From Octopus sinensis (taxonomy: Eukaryota), in contig NW_021831881.1 in the NCBI RefSeq assembly GCF_006345805.1, positions 1 to 62,658 of the forward strand: a stretch of 62,658 nucleotides of DNA, in the 5' to 3' direction. How positions within the stretch are numbered: position 1 is the stretch's first letter; each line of letters opens with the position of its first letter. Positions 13,141 to 26,556 of the stretch are shown in pieces. A program made the position numbers and the translations under genes. The notes below the pieces were generated by a model. That model was not told the DNA's origin, made no database searches, and saw only the letters and a program-made list of their open reading frames with translations.

Positions 13141-13508
13141 TGAATGTATTATAAATAAAAAAACGACCCTGCCCCGCTTAAGCCGATCAGCTAACTGCTC
13201 AACATCAACGAAGCACATGGGTGAGTTTACATATATTACATCCGGATAAATGGCAAACTTTTACGAATTGCATTTCGGGAGAGGAAAAGTTTTTTCGGAA
13301 TAAAAATTTAGCAATAAGGACAACTACTTAATAGGAAAAACTTAACAAGAAATTGTCAGGTAGATAGCGTAAAAACCTCATAAGAGAAAAAATTTCGAAA
13401 ATAATTATTTCTTATTGAACATATTAATTATATATAGAGGGCATTATACATACAGCCAGAAGGCATTATACATACATGCCAAACGCTAAGAGGGAAATTA
13501 GTCATTAA

Positions 13509-13547
<39 letters not shown>

Positions 13548-16500
13548 GGCAGACACACAACAATGGACATCAAAAATGTTTCCGCAGTGTATTGTGTAGT
13601 CCCGGGCTGAAGTAGAAGACACTTGCTCAAGCTAGCATGAAGTGAGACTAAACCAGGTATCACGTTGTTGAAAATTGAGATTCTTAACCACAAAACCATG
13701 CTTGCGTCTATATTAAAAAATATAAACTTCATTTTCTCTTTTTAGTATTGATTCTGAGCCAACGTAGAAGCCAACGTAGAAGAACATCCAGAATGTGACA
13801 GCTAAAGGGTGAAAGGTTGCCACCATACTCAACTGATGTTAATTATAGTGAAATTAAATGCCCTAACGCAAAATAAAGTGCACTTTGAATGACCCAATGC
13901 GGCTCTCTGCTCGTTTATGATTATTTTTTATGATTATCTGTTCTTTATGATTATCTACTGAACATTCCTAAACACTAAGCCATGTGCATTCACTAAAATA
14001 GCACTACTTAAATTCTTATAGGTTGTTTTAAATCACAAGTACTCAAAAGTCAGCAGTTTATTGTATAAAGTGAATATCGAATCCCACACTGCCATGTCAT
14101 GTTGTATGAATGTCTCAACACACATTTCACTGATTTAAATGCTGTTCGTTGATTACTTGACATTTCGAATTTTTTAACTTCAAATCCTGTGTTTGTTTAA
14201 AACGCTAATAATGTTTAACAAACACGAATTAACCCTCATCAATTGCATTGATAAATGTGTTTTATTAGCTTGATATTTGTATAGCGAAATCTCTGAGATT
14301 CCGATCAAATGCATAGTATTTCATGTACTAACAGATCATTTTATGTGCGGTTTGATTCAGAAATGTCGGACTAGCTTGTAATATTATAAGATGGAAATAA
14401 AAGATTAAAAATCGAGGCGCTGCAGCAAACTCGAAAAATAAATCAGAGAAAATAATTGATATATTGATTATGCTGGTTGATTGAGACAGCTGACATCTCA
14501 CACATGAAATGTCTACTTCAGATTCCGGCATTAAAATATTACTTCACATAAAAAGAAAAAATAGCGTTGATGCACTCAAATAAACTCTATGACGCCTGAT
14601 GACAGTTAAATGGAAGCCTGGAGTTGAAGATGAATAGTTATTGCGGCTAGAAATTAGTTCTGGTTATCGTAGTGGTTTTTGCCTATAAATTATGAATTAA
14701 TGTCTTACTATAGGTCATTTGTCTAGTCTTTGAGCAAGGCAATTAACTCTACTTGTGTCTATCTAAAGATAAAAATGACACCCAGCTTGTTGTAATTTAC
14801 TTTAAAACGTCTTGTTGATAAGACTTTAATAGTCTGATGTTTTCAGATTTGATGTGAATTAATCTTGTGTTAGAGAACTGGTTTACATACGAGGTTCGTA
14901 TAGACAAACGTTTCTACATGTAGAGTAATTTCCAAATATATCAATCTTGCAAAATTTAAAGATATATTATTCTATATCGTGTCTTTGGCAAATGCAATCA
15001 AATTTTGAACATTCGGTTTGATTTGCCAAAAATCGAGAGCACGAGGAAAAAAGTAAAGCATCTTCATTACAAATATACAAAGCACTAATTATTTTTTTTC
15101 ATTTTCTTGAGAAAATTCTAATATTCCTACAGGTAGGCACAAGATCTTGGGGTACGCTTACGAACAAAGCACGATAGCTCCTTTAATTAATCTGCAGTTC
15201 ACACCTGAGTCAATAATGTTATCTGTCTGGAAATAATGAATGATATTAATGATTCCTTAAATGTTAAGCTTTTAAAAAAATGTCTTAATTTAAGAAACGA
15301 AGCAAGAGAGAAACAGGTAATCAAATTAACTGTGATTAATTAAAAAATATGGTTTAATTTCAGTTTAAAATGTCACTTCAAAAATTTGTTTCTTAATGAA
15401 AACAAGATATTTCCATAATGTTTTAATCTTGCTAAATTGTTAACTACAGGTAAGCAGAGGTAATCTCATATATATCTGCAATATCCGTAAATCATTATAA
15501 TAGCCGTAGATCATTATAATGCAACTAACTAAAGATTATCAGTATTCGATTTATTGCCAACGTGTTTAATACAATGAGTCATTAAACAATTAACAACAAA
15601 TAATAGAACAGTTTTTAAAAGGCAATATAAGTCATTGACCGATGTTATTTTCCTCATTCTAGGAAATACAGAAGACAGGGATTTCAACTTGTGCAGAGAT
15701 ATCTCTTGTACTGGTAATCATTACACTGCAGTCATGCTGGGGCACCGCCTTGAAGAGTTTTTAGTCGAACAAATCGACCCCATTGATTTTTGGCCTAACA
15801 CAAACAAAAAGACAGACACACACACAGAGACACACGCACACACACACGCATACTGACTGGTACTACACGCACACACACACACACTGACTGGTACTATTTT
15901 CTATACCGAAAGTTTTTTTAAATAGTTTCTCTCATAATTCACCTTGAAAAGTTTATCTAGTTCAATATTTTAACCAATGACTTGAATAAATTAATTTGAA
16001 AATACCGGAACTCACCAAACCTTTCAAGTTAAAATAATGTCTTGGGAAGGCAGTGTTGAGTCATGTAAAGACTAATGTTTGGCACCAGTTACTTAGAATT
16101 CATTTAGACAAAGCAGTAATCCCCACGGGATGGTGAACCAGTTTGTTACATTGAAAATATTTGTTCATAACTTAATCCTCACAAACTGAGTCACTTCAAC
16201 TTAAATGTGCTGTCCTAATGCGTAATGGATTTAAAATCAAGGTATACAGTATGAACCGGCTGACCAGATTATATATTTCGTGTCCACCACAGTTAAAATG
16301 TCCGAAAAATTTTTTGCTTCTTATTTCTTAAAGGAAAATGTTTTATGAAACAGAATTTCAAATCTGTACAGAGACACAACACGATGTCTAGAGCACCAAT
16401 CGATCTTTCAATTGATTGTTCAATAGCTTACCCATTCGGTTATATTGATTCCTTATCAACATTGCCTGATAATATTGCACAAATGATGATTTAACTGTTT

Positions 16501-16774
16501 GCGAAATAGAAATAAAGTTTTTTCCGATATTTCACAACACGACATATATTTGGTGATTGGAAGAGAACGGTAAAGTTGATGTAATCGAAGTCAGACAGTT
16601 ACTGCTGTTTATTTTGTTGACTACAAAGGAATGAAAAATAAGATGACCTCGGCGCTATTTGAACTCAACATAAAAACAAGTAATTAAATAATAGAAGGAA
16701 TTTATTCTGTCATCTATCATTATTTCAGAAATAAAAATATTTCGTTCAAATTTTGGCAGAAGGACAACAGTTTT

Positions 16775-16950
16775 AGGGGAAAGGGTTAGTCGATCCCTGT
16801 GTTGAACTGGTGCTTATCTTCTTCTTGACTCTGAAATATGAAAGACAAAGACTACTGCAGCAAAATTTGAACTCAGAACGTAGAGCCAGCAGAAATCCCG
16901 TGAAGCATTTTTTGTTCGAAGAGTTAACGATTCGGACAGCTCGTCGCCGA
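16775..16950 (-). mobile_element. SINE family B, diverged
   Basis: TTTGAACTCAGAACGTA motif and head remnant. Confidence 0.6.
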
Positions 16951-17180
16951 TATTTCAAATCTTAGAACAAGGCCTGCACTTTTAGGAGGAAGAGGAAAGT
17001 TGACTACAGTATATGCCACACATTCTGAGTCACCCTGCTCCGTACATTTCAGCCTACAGATGCACACTTAGAGTAGGTTTATTTAATTCGGGCTATTCTC
17101 GCTACGTTCACCGACCTTCTTACAAAGTACATGAAGCAGAGAAGGTGCAGCATCTCAGTTTCCATAATTTTTTTCCCAAG

Positions 17181-17350
17181 GTGCAGGAGTGACTGTGTGG
17201 TAAGAACCTTGCTTGCCAACCTCATGGTTCCGGTTTCAGTCCCACTGCGTGGCACCTTAGGCAAGTGTCTTCTACTATAGCCTCGGGCCGACCAAAGCCT
17301 TGTGAGTGGATTTGGTAGACGGAAACTGAAAGAAGCTCGTCGTATATATG
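17181..17350 (+). mobile_element. SINE family A, 5' half
   Basis: GTGCAGGAGTGACTGTGTGGTAAG...GGAAACTGAAAGAAGCTCGTCG. Confidence 0.85.
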
Positions 17351-17542
17351 TATACATGTGTATATGTTTGCGCTTACATCGACATCAGCACACTACTTGT
17401 ATTTATTTAATCAATATCTGAAGAACAATACACCAAGCACACTTTCTTTATTTTGGCACTCAGGCCACTAACACAGAGAGGAAACTAGAAGGACAGACAC
17501 AACACCACAGTGGGGACAATAAACATAAAACGAATGAGTATA

Positions 17543-17958
17543 TTCTTTTTACTCTTTTACTTGTTTCAGTCATTTGACTGCGGCCATGCTGGAACACCGC
17601 CTTTAGTCGAGCAAATCGACCCCGGGACTTATTCTTTGTAAGCCCAGTACTCATTCTATCGGTCTGTTTTGCCGAACCGCTAAGTGACGGGGACGTAAAC
17701 ACACCAGCATCGGTTGTCAAGCAATGCTAGGGGGAACAAACACAGACACACAAACATATACACACACACTTATATATATATACATATACATATATACGAC
17801 AGGCTTCTTTCAGTTTCCGTTTACCAAAAATCACTCACAAAGCATTGGTCGGCCCGGGGCTATAGCAGAAGACACTTGCCCAAGATGCCACGCAGTGGGA
17901 CTGAACCCGGAACCGTGTGGTTGGTTAGCAAGCTACTTACCACACAGCCACTCCTGCG
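17543..17958 (-). mobile_element. SINE family A, full length
   Basis: Full match to the other copies. Confidence 0.9.
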
Positions 17959-18619
17959 CTGAATATTATATAATAATGAAAGATGAAATGGCTGCATGGG
18001 CCCCACTCCTCATGCAGTACGATTTAAACGTTTGTACACACAGTCTTGTCACCCTCTCTGTATTTTTTTCTTTCCTTAATTATCGATTTTTCTTCAAAAT
18101 CTTTTTCTTTCTTTTTTCCTTCCTTTTTTTTTAAACAAAGTAATTTTACTTTTTTTTCCTTTTTAACGTCTCATATACGGCTCCAGTTCTAACAAATCAA
18201 TTGAACTCCACCAACGCACCGGCCGGGTCAATTCTATCCCCGCACATGTCTCTAAGTTTCTTATAGGTTTCCCTATCGACCACAATGGCCTTCACACTCT
18301 CTGGGTACAAGTCATTGGGCAACTTTACCCTTATGATGTACCTGAACTTTACGATTTTTTTCCCACCTCTTTGTTCTTAGAATAAGTCAGAAAATTTCAT
18401 TTGTTCCTCCCTCCTCTGGGTTTTCTCCTTTCTTCTTTTACTACCTTTCCTATTATAAGTTCCTATATATACTCTTCTCTGAGTCACAATACACCAAGCA
18501 CACCGTGGTGAAAATCAAATTGAGAATAAGCGACTAAATAACAAGTAATTTTTGTTCATCGCTCTACCGGTTTCTGCCGTTTCCAACAAAACTGTCCTTG
18601 TATATTAGTTATTCTTTCT

Positions 18620-18842
18620 TTTCTTTCTTTTACTTGTTTCAGTCATTTGACTGCGGCCATGCTGGAGCACCGCCTTTAGTCGAGCAAATCGACCCCGGGA
18701 CTTATTCTTTGTAAGCCCAGTACTTATTCTATCGGTCTCTTTTTGCCGAACCGCTATGTGACGGGGACGTAAGCGCACCAGCATCGGTTGTCAAGCAATG
18801 CTAGGAGGACAAACACAAACACCACACACACACACAACACAC

Positions 18843-18873
<31 letters not shown>

Positions 18874-19045
18874 CATATATACGACAGGCTTCTTTCAGTT
18901 TCCGTTTACCAAATCCACTCACAAGGCATTGGTCGGCCCGGGGCTACAGCAGAAGACACTTGCCCAAGATGCCACGCAATGGGACTGAACCCGGAACCAT
19001 GAGGCTGGTTAGCAAGCTACTTACCACACAGCCACTCCTGCGCCT
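18620..19045 (-). mobile_element. SINE family A, full length
   Basis: Full match to the other copies. Confidence 0.9.
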
Positions 19046-19608
19046 ATTATAGTAAACTGAAATATATTCTTTGACTAAGGCAGGAAATTTGATAGCACAG
19101 CAGATAACTGAATAAATACGGAAATATTATAAGGTTTCTTATTGGGATTGTTCATAAGAGGGAAATATGCCAGATATCTTTTAGTCTAAGCCTGTTTAAC
19201 CTCATAACTTATAATAGTGCACAAATCAATGTTAGAAAATTGAATCTACATATAAACATAAAGAAAGAGACTATTAATAAAACACGGGTGTATATAATTA
19301 TACAATCCACAGACGCAAGACGACAGAAATACATCATATAAACATAATTAAACACTGTGGTGTGATTGTATATGTGTTTGTCTCTGTGTGTGTGAGAGAG
19401 AGAGAGAGAGAGTGAGAATGAGGAAAAAGAGAGAGCAAGGGAGGGAATTAATTCTGTCACGTTTGTAATCTCGGCTCATCACAATTTTCATTCAATTAAA
19501 TATTTCCTCACCGCCAATCTCCTTCACCCTTGTTCTCTTTCTCACTTTCTCTTTCGCTCGTGCGCATACACACATAAGCCTATATATCTATATATATATA
19601 TATATATA

Positions 19609-19865
19609 TTACTCTTTTACTCTTTTACTTGTTTCAGCTATCCGGCTGAGGCCATGCTGGGGCACAGCCCTTGTTGCTACCCTCTCTAAGTCCAGTTTGC
19701 CGTGGTGGCCACTGATCTAAGAGAGAGTTTGTAGCTGCTGCCCTTAGGTTACCTTCGTACCTTGCAGTGGGTTCATCTGGGATCCCGGAAAGCAGCTTGT
19801 CTAGATGTTTTTTGAAAATGTCCACATCCGCATCATGTAGATATCTTAGTTTCTTGGCAGTTTGT

Positions 19866-19868
<3 letters not shown>
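19609..19868 (-). pseudogene. 3' end of a CR1/L2-group LINE with SINE-A-like tail
   Basis: With one frameshift reads NKLPRN.RYLHDADVDIFKKHLDKLLSGIPDEP...RAAATNSLLDQ; tail GCCCCAGCATGGCCTCAGCCGGATAGCTGAAAC(AAGTAAAAGAGT)n. Confidence 0.7.
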
Positions 19869-19899
<31 letters not shown>

Positions 19900-19950
19900 A
19901 TATTAATATATATATATATATATAATTATATATATATATATATATTATAA

Positions 19951-20035
<85 letters not shown>

Positions 20036-20069
20036 ATATATATATATTATATAATATATGCATGTTTAA

Positions 20070-20297
20070 GGTGGCGAGCTGGCAGAAACGTTAGCACCGC
20101 GGGCGAAATGCGTAGCTGTATTTCGTCTGCCGTTTACGTTCTGAGTTCAAATTCCGCGAGGTCGACTTTGCCTTTCATCCTTTCGGGGTCGATAAATTAA
20201 GTACCAGTTACGCACAGGGGTCTCTATAATCGACTTAATCCGTTTGTCTGTCCTTGTTTGTCCACTCTGTGTTTAGCCCCTTGTGGGTAGTAAAGAA

Positions 20298-20299
<2 letters not shown>
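20070..20299 (+). mobile_element. SINE family B monomer
   Basis: Near-consensus copy inserted in (TA)n. Confidence 0.9.
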
Positions 20300-20353
<54 letters not shown>

Positions 20354-20459
20354 GATAAATCTCAGAGCGAGTTATAAATGGAGGAGATATCTTCCTGGGG
20401 CTACAAACTACAGTAGCGTCCACCCTTAGGGGTTAGCCATATTTAATGGCAAATATGCG

Positions 20460-20511
<52 letters not shown>

Positions 20512-20774
20512 TGCTGTTTATGGGATTATGCGTATGTGTGTGTCCTTATATAGACATATATTTATCAGCACCTCTCTCCTTCTCTCTCTTTCTGCATATA
20601 TTTATATGTGCGTGTGTGTGTGTGTGTGCGTGCGAATGTGTGAGTGTGTGAGTGTTTGTGTATACGATAGATATATTTAATAAATCGAGGCAGTAATGAA
20701 ACAAAAGTACGAGAAAATTCACTGTAAATAAGCATAAAATAATTTTTATGGGCAGCTCGATTAATCAATTTTCT

Positions 20775-21640
20775 TTAACTAAACACTTTGAAACTTCGTA
20801 TACTGGTAGAATGTGTCATATAGAACATCTTTTACTCTTAGCGTTGATGAGAAAAGTTTATATTTTCGATATTATTTCGTGTTAAATTTGTCGTATTTCG
20901 GTAATTTCAACCAATCAACGACGTGTATTCGGCTGAATAAAATTACTGCAGTTGTTTATCAACAACTTCCAGCGGTGTATGAGAAGGCATTTCTCCAGGG
21001 ACTCATGTCATCACGAAAGGAATTTATAATATCAAAAACCTGATTCTTGTGACCCAACTTCTATAAGGCATCTTTGCATCAAAGACCTTTGTTAAGTCCA
21101 AAATTTGGAACAAGTTTTAGCAGCGTACGTAATACTTCTCTTGTGTGTGTGTGTAGGTGTGTGTGTGCGCGTGTGTGTGCGTGTGTGTGTGTGTGTGTTT
21201 GTGTATGCGTGTCCATGTGTGATTGCCAATATTACCTGGCTCAGGTAAAATTCGATATGCTGATCACTTTTAATTAATATATCATCCATTTACGGAATTG
21301 CGAATTCACAGTCCGCTAACATTGCATCTATAACCTGTTCCATAACCTCAACTCTTCCAGGTTCAGTTCTTCAACTTTCTCTCCAGCCGTCGCTGCACAA
21401 TTTCTCTTTTCCATTTCCCTGTCCATCTTCTTTAAGTATTCAACTAATTTCACCGCCGATGAATCACATTTTGGGGAAGAATTCCTTGTAACTAAACACT
21501 TTTAAACTTCGTATACTGGTAGAATGTGTTTATAAAACATCGTTTTCTCTTGGCTTTATTGAGAAAATTCTATAGTTTGTAAGATATTTGTTGTATTTTT
21601 TCTTCAATTTCTGCAATTTCAACCAATCACTGACGTCGAT
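20775..21640 (+). repeat. Two direct copies (20775-20930 and 21490-21640) of an unclassified interspersed repeat
   Basis: TAACTAAACACTTT.AAACTTCGTATACTGGTAGAATGTG...TTTCAACCAATCA in both. Confidence 0.7.
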
Positions 21641-22589
21641 TGAGGAAAAAAAAACATTCTGTCCCGTATGAATATGTCCCTCGTTTAAGAAACAGATTGG
21701 GTTTATTTACATTTGTGAAGAAAAAAAGATACCCTTCCCCCCACCCCTAACTTTAACGCTAAAATAGATTGGAATGCAATAGATCGATACTAGGGTCATA
21801 ATTACGGGTGACAATTTCATATGACACCGCTAGAAAAACTGCCATTCAAACCGAAAAGATCCCTAATTTCTCCTCAGACGAATCACATTCTAGGGAAGAA
21901 TATCTCAACTTCTCCGAACTTTTCGCGCGACACCCCTCCATTACACAAGAGGCAAAACGTTGCTCCACCAGGACAGCCTAAAACACGTGTGTACCAAACA
22001 AACCCGACAATGCAACTGAACAACCATAAACCGGAAGTCGCGTACCTTCGCCCGCGATTTTTTTTTATCTCACGCTCTCAGTCAAACACGTAGCAACATA
22101 TACGAGTTCGGCTAGTCCATTCTCACAGAGGGTCTACTGATTCTCACCATAACAGTTATGGTAGATGAAATTGTTGGTGGTAGTTGCCATGACAACGAAA
22201 CCGACGACAACGACGAAACACTTAACTAAACTGAAGAGGTAATAATGAAAATATGTTTCTCTTTAAGATATAGGAGCTATGGTTTCAAGTGTTGTGACTT
22301 AAACAGGAATTCATCATGTTCAATTAAAGCCAGGCTTTTAATGAATTCTAAAGTACCTCGGTGGTTCCTTTGGGCTCTTACCACTTAGAAAAGCAGACAG
22401 AATTATATTGAGCTAGAGTATATTAACAAAATTATGAATTGAAAATTAAAACTTAAATATTCATGAGCCAAAGCAATCCGTATTGCTGTGCGTAAATGAG
22501 TTTATATGTGGCGTATTTCTATGAATGTTTGTTTGTGTAATTTCTCCGGCATGTATATATGAGATGATATATATATATATAATATATTA

Positions 22590-23535
22590 ATAGATAAAAC
22601 ATATGCATATATATATACATATATGTACGTACCTACCTCTACATGTATATATACACGCATATATGAGTACAGGACACCAAAAACAAAAAACGTCCAACAC
22701 AATGAGAAACGAAAACATAGACACAAACCCAAGGAACTGGACATTTTTCTTAAATAACAAAAAAATAGAGTACAGGACAAATAACACAAGGAAAAAAACC
22801 CTTCTTCAGTCGCCAGGGTTTCATCTACTCTACGTTTCGAAGGTGAATACACCCACACACAGAGACACATATATACTGTATATATGTTATTTGTAAGTGA
22901 TTGTGTGTGCTTGTACGCTTGTGTGTATGTATGTGTTTGTGTGTGAATGTGTGCAATTTGCTGTAACGAATTATAATCGGAGATCCAGTGTGCTGTAGCT
23001 TTAGTGTCAAATCACGTGACTTGGTGGAAACGACTGGCAGTCAGTATCGCACGGTTCTGTATGTTATGCTGTGCTCTTTCTCCATATAAAGTGGACCGTT
23101 TCCACCGGCAATCATCGGCTTCATTGTTTACATGTGAATTATGGTAAGTGCATAGCGACAAGCACACTTGCATACGGGGAAACACGCGCGCACATGCACA
23201 CATAGACACACCATACATGTGTGTGTGCGTGTATGTATATAATGTCTATGTAATATATATATATAGTTAGCTAGTGACAGCTGATGACTGGGGAGTTTTT
23301 CCTGTGTGGTGTGTCCTGTACCTTGTTTTTCTGTTGAAAAAAAATAATGTTTTTCCGTTTTCGTTTCGTCTCTGTTTTTTTGTTGTAAAAAAAAATGCTT
23401 GTCCGTTTTCGTTTTTCGTTGAGTTCTACGTCTAGTTGGTGGTGTCTGTACTCACGTATATATATTTATATATGCATGTATTATACATGTAGATGTAGGT
23501 ACGTACATATATGTTTGTATGTATGCATATATCTT
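22590..23535. repeat. Inverted pair of related diverged repeats (22590-22840 minus, 23270-23535 plus), possibly Penelope terminal-repeat remnants
   Basis: Shared CTGA(A/T)GA..GG...TTTTTCC.TGTG...TGTCCTGTAC and TACATGTAGA.GTAGGTACGTACATATATG. Confidence 0.55.
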
Positions 23536-24369
23536 ATTTATTACATTATTGTCTGACGTCGAGGTCGATTCGATTCGTCATTCGTTCCACTTCTCTTCCC
23601 CCAGTATTGTTATATAGATATATATATAATATATATTAAATATATATATATATATATATAGCGAGAGAGAGAGAGAGAGATTTGGTAGGGTATATAATAC
23701 CACTTGGTAAAATCAGAGATAAAGTTAGAAAACCACTATAAACTCACAATACAGAGACTTACAAGCAATGCAGTGAACATATGAGATACAGGCGTACATT
23801 TCCGTTGAATAGATCAGTAAGTAATGTATATTTCAATACTAATTGAACGCACACGAGCTGATGTAGTGAATATTTTATAAATTTTTTTTTTAAATGTTAT
23901 TTTCAAGAGAAGACCCCCAGGTCATACAGAGGGGGGAAATCAATTCGTATTGAAATATACATTACTTACTGATGTATTCAATCCAAATGAAAGCCTATTT
24001 CATTGTATGACCTGAGCGTATCTTCAGAGAGAAAAAAATTATACCCAAATATGTTTTGTATGTGTTTATGGATCCACAAACACATACAAAACATCAAAGG
24101 GTATACTTTTTCCTTCTGAAGTTATACTTAGGTCATATAAATTTAATATTTGATTAATATTTACTGAGTATTAGTTGAAACAGCTGTAAAGGATGATGAT
24201 TAATTTGGTGTTAATAAAACATAATTATTGACTTCTAATCTCCATTTTCTTTTTCTTCTTTATATATATATATATATATGCATATGTAAATATATACAAA
24301 AATACAGAACAAGGACCAATTTATTCTAGGAAATAATTGCTTTATGTTCAATGACAACTTTTTTTTAGG

Positions 24370-25240
24370 CAAAATCTGTGTCGCTGACAGGGGACAAAAA
24401 CAGCATCCTCCTGAGTATGGTCTACCTAGAGATTACATTATTTGAAAAAAAAAAAAACACTAAGAAAATATGGAAACTCTTTTACCATATACAAGATAAC
24501 TAGAAAAGGTATCTCGATGATTCGTTCATGTTGTTGAGTGACAGCACAGAAAAAATAATGAAAGAATTTGGGACATATCTCAGTGGAATTAATAAAAATA
24601 TTCAATTTACCATGGAATATTCCCATAATCAATTCCCATTTTGGACATATCTATAAAGAAAGTAAAAAACCATTCACAGGCAAATATTTACTATCTAAAT
24701 CTACGGATCCCTACCGATATTTTCCATTCAATTCCTGTCATCCAAGACACTCAGGAAGGAATGTCCCCTATAAACTAGCCAAAAGGATTTCTACGGTACA
24801 CTGCTTCACAAGAATTACTCGCGATCGTTCTTCAGTAATAAATTACAAGCTAAGAAATTTGATATCCAGGTACCAATTTACGTAAAACAAAGGCATGATC
24901 GAAATTGAAATTCCTACCATACATCTCGACTAACAATTACCAAAGCAATGAGGCCTACGACGTCATATTCCAGAATATACCATTACAGGAAAATACATCC
25001 CGAATCAATGAAAAGTTTAACACTTCACACAATATCAATAAAACCAATAAAAAATGTGGAAAACCCAACTTTGTGATAATTTTCTAATCCAGCAGAACTC
25101 TTCGCAATAAAACATAGTGTCATTTGATCACCTAAAATCTTAATCTATACAATAATATACTCAGGGTTTGGGTAATATTACAATGGACAGGCAGGAAACG
25201 CATTACGACAACGCATAACATGCCAGGTTGTAAAAAATCA
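24370..25240 (+). pseudogene. Decayed Penelope-like element RT and GIY-YIG fragments
   Basis: KRYLDDSF at ~24504-24527; KSTDPYRYFPFNSCHPRHSGRNVPYKLAKRI (PLE RT thumb); YNGQAGNALRQRI near 25180; many stops and frameshifts. Confidence 0.8.
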
Positions 25241-25319
25241 GGAATAGAGACAGAGAGGATACAGTGAACATATATACACGTGTGTATATATGTTCACGTG
25301 TGTATATATATAACGCGGC

Positions 25320-25495
25320 GTAGCAGCTTTTCGTTTGCCGTTACATTCAAACTACGCCGAGGTCGACTTTGCCTTTCATCCTTTCGAGGTCGATAAATTA
25401 AGTACCAGTTACGCACTGGGGTCGATGTAATCGACTTAATTAGTTTGTCTGTCCTTGTTTGTCCCCTCTATGTTTAGCCCCTTGTGGGTAATAAA
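25320..25495 (+). mobile_element. SINE family B, 5'-truncated
   Basis: Core and tail match. Confidence 0.85.
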
Positions 25496-26021
25496 CAAAC
25501 ACATATATACACGTGTGTAAGAAATAACCAAACTCTATGATTTTCTGTTTATATAAATCTAGCGATAGCATCTGTAAAGTTCAACAGAGAAATATACTTC
25601 ACAAACAAATACCAACCACATTTAAATTCTTGTGGCAGAGAAAGGAATACATCCACTAAAAACACTATAGCAATACTATAGCCATAGCAACCACTGTTAC
25701 TGAACGATAAAACTGTTATAACAACTACAGCCGCCATCGCTCCTGTTCCTGCTGCTACCACTATTAGCCCTACTTGCAGTTCTTTTCACTAACAACCATA
25801 ACTAGCACTGGTATAATATGCTACCCATCGAGAATCAGAAGGAAACGAAATAATACACCACGTGATCTTAAGGAAAAATATATGAACTTCCACAAATGAT
25901 GCTATGAAAGGAAAATTCAGTTTAATTTATTTCAGTTTATTTCTCCTTTTTTTCTGCATAAGTAGATTGTTCTCTTGCAGAGATAGGACCCGGAAGTCTT
26001 TTTTTAAATTCTATTTATTCT

Positions 26022-26172
26022 TGTGGTTGTGTGGTAAGAAGCTCGCTTCCCAACCACATGGCTCCGAGTTCAGTCCCACTGCATTGTACCTTCGGCAAGT
26101 GTCTTCTACTACAGCCTCGGGCCGACCAAAGCCTTGTGAGTAGATTTGGTAGAAGGAAACTGAAAGAAGCTC

Positions 26173-26238
<66 letters not shown>

Positions 26239-26382
26239 CTGTATTTGTCGCCCCCCACCGTCGCTTGACAACCGATATTGGTGTGTCTATGTCCCCGAAA
26301 CTTAGTGGTGCGGCAAAAGAAACCAATAAAATAAGTACTCGGCTTCCAAAGTATAAGTCGTGGTGTCGATTTGTTCGATTAA
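26022..26382 (+). mobile_element. SINE family A, tail-less
   Basis: Head, internal microsatellite and second segment match. Confidence 0.85.
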
Positions 26383-26503
26383 GTACGTAGGCTCAAAACG
26401 TAAAAGATTTTTTCAATTCCCAGGCGTTATACTAATACATCTGTTTGTTTTCTACACCACCTGTCTCCGTCTTTTGTTTTTTTTTTTCGTGAATTCTCCC
26501 TAT

Positions 26504-26556
<53 letters not shown>

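Larger units (their letters stand above)
12481..13506 (-). repeat. Head-to-tail tandem of a ~475-bp unit (about 2.15 copies), each full unit carrying a hammerhead motif; retrozyme-like
   Basis: Unit starts at 12481, 12959 and 13434; flanked by (TA)n on both sides. Confidence 0.85.

Noticed and set aside
14585-14615. CTGATGA-CA...TG-GAAG
   Set aside because: GAAG instead of GAAA and no stems I or III; likely chance
15110-15140. cctacag|gtaggc as a recursive splice site
   Set aside because: Resembles the TAGGCACAAG repeat motif also seen at 30850
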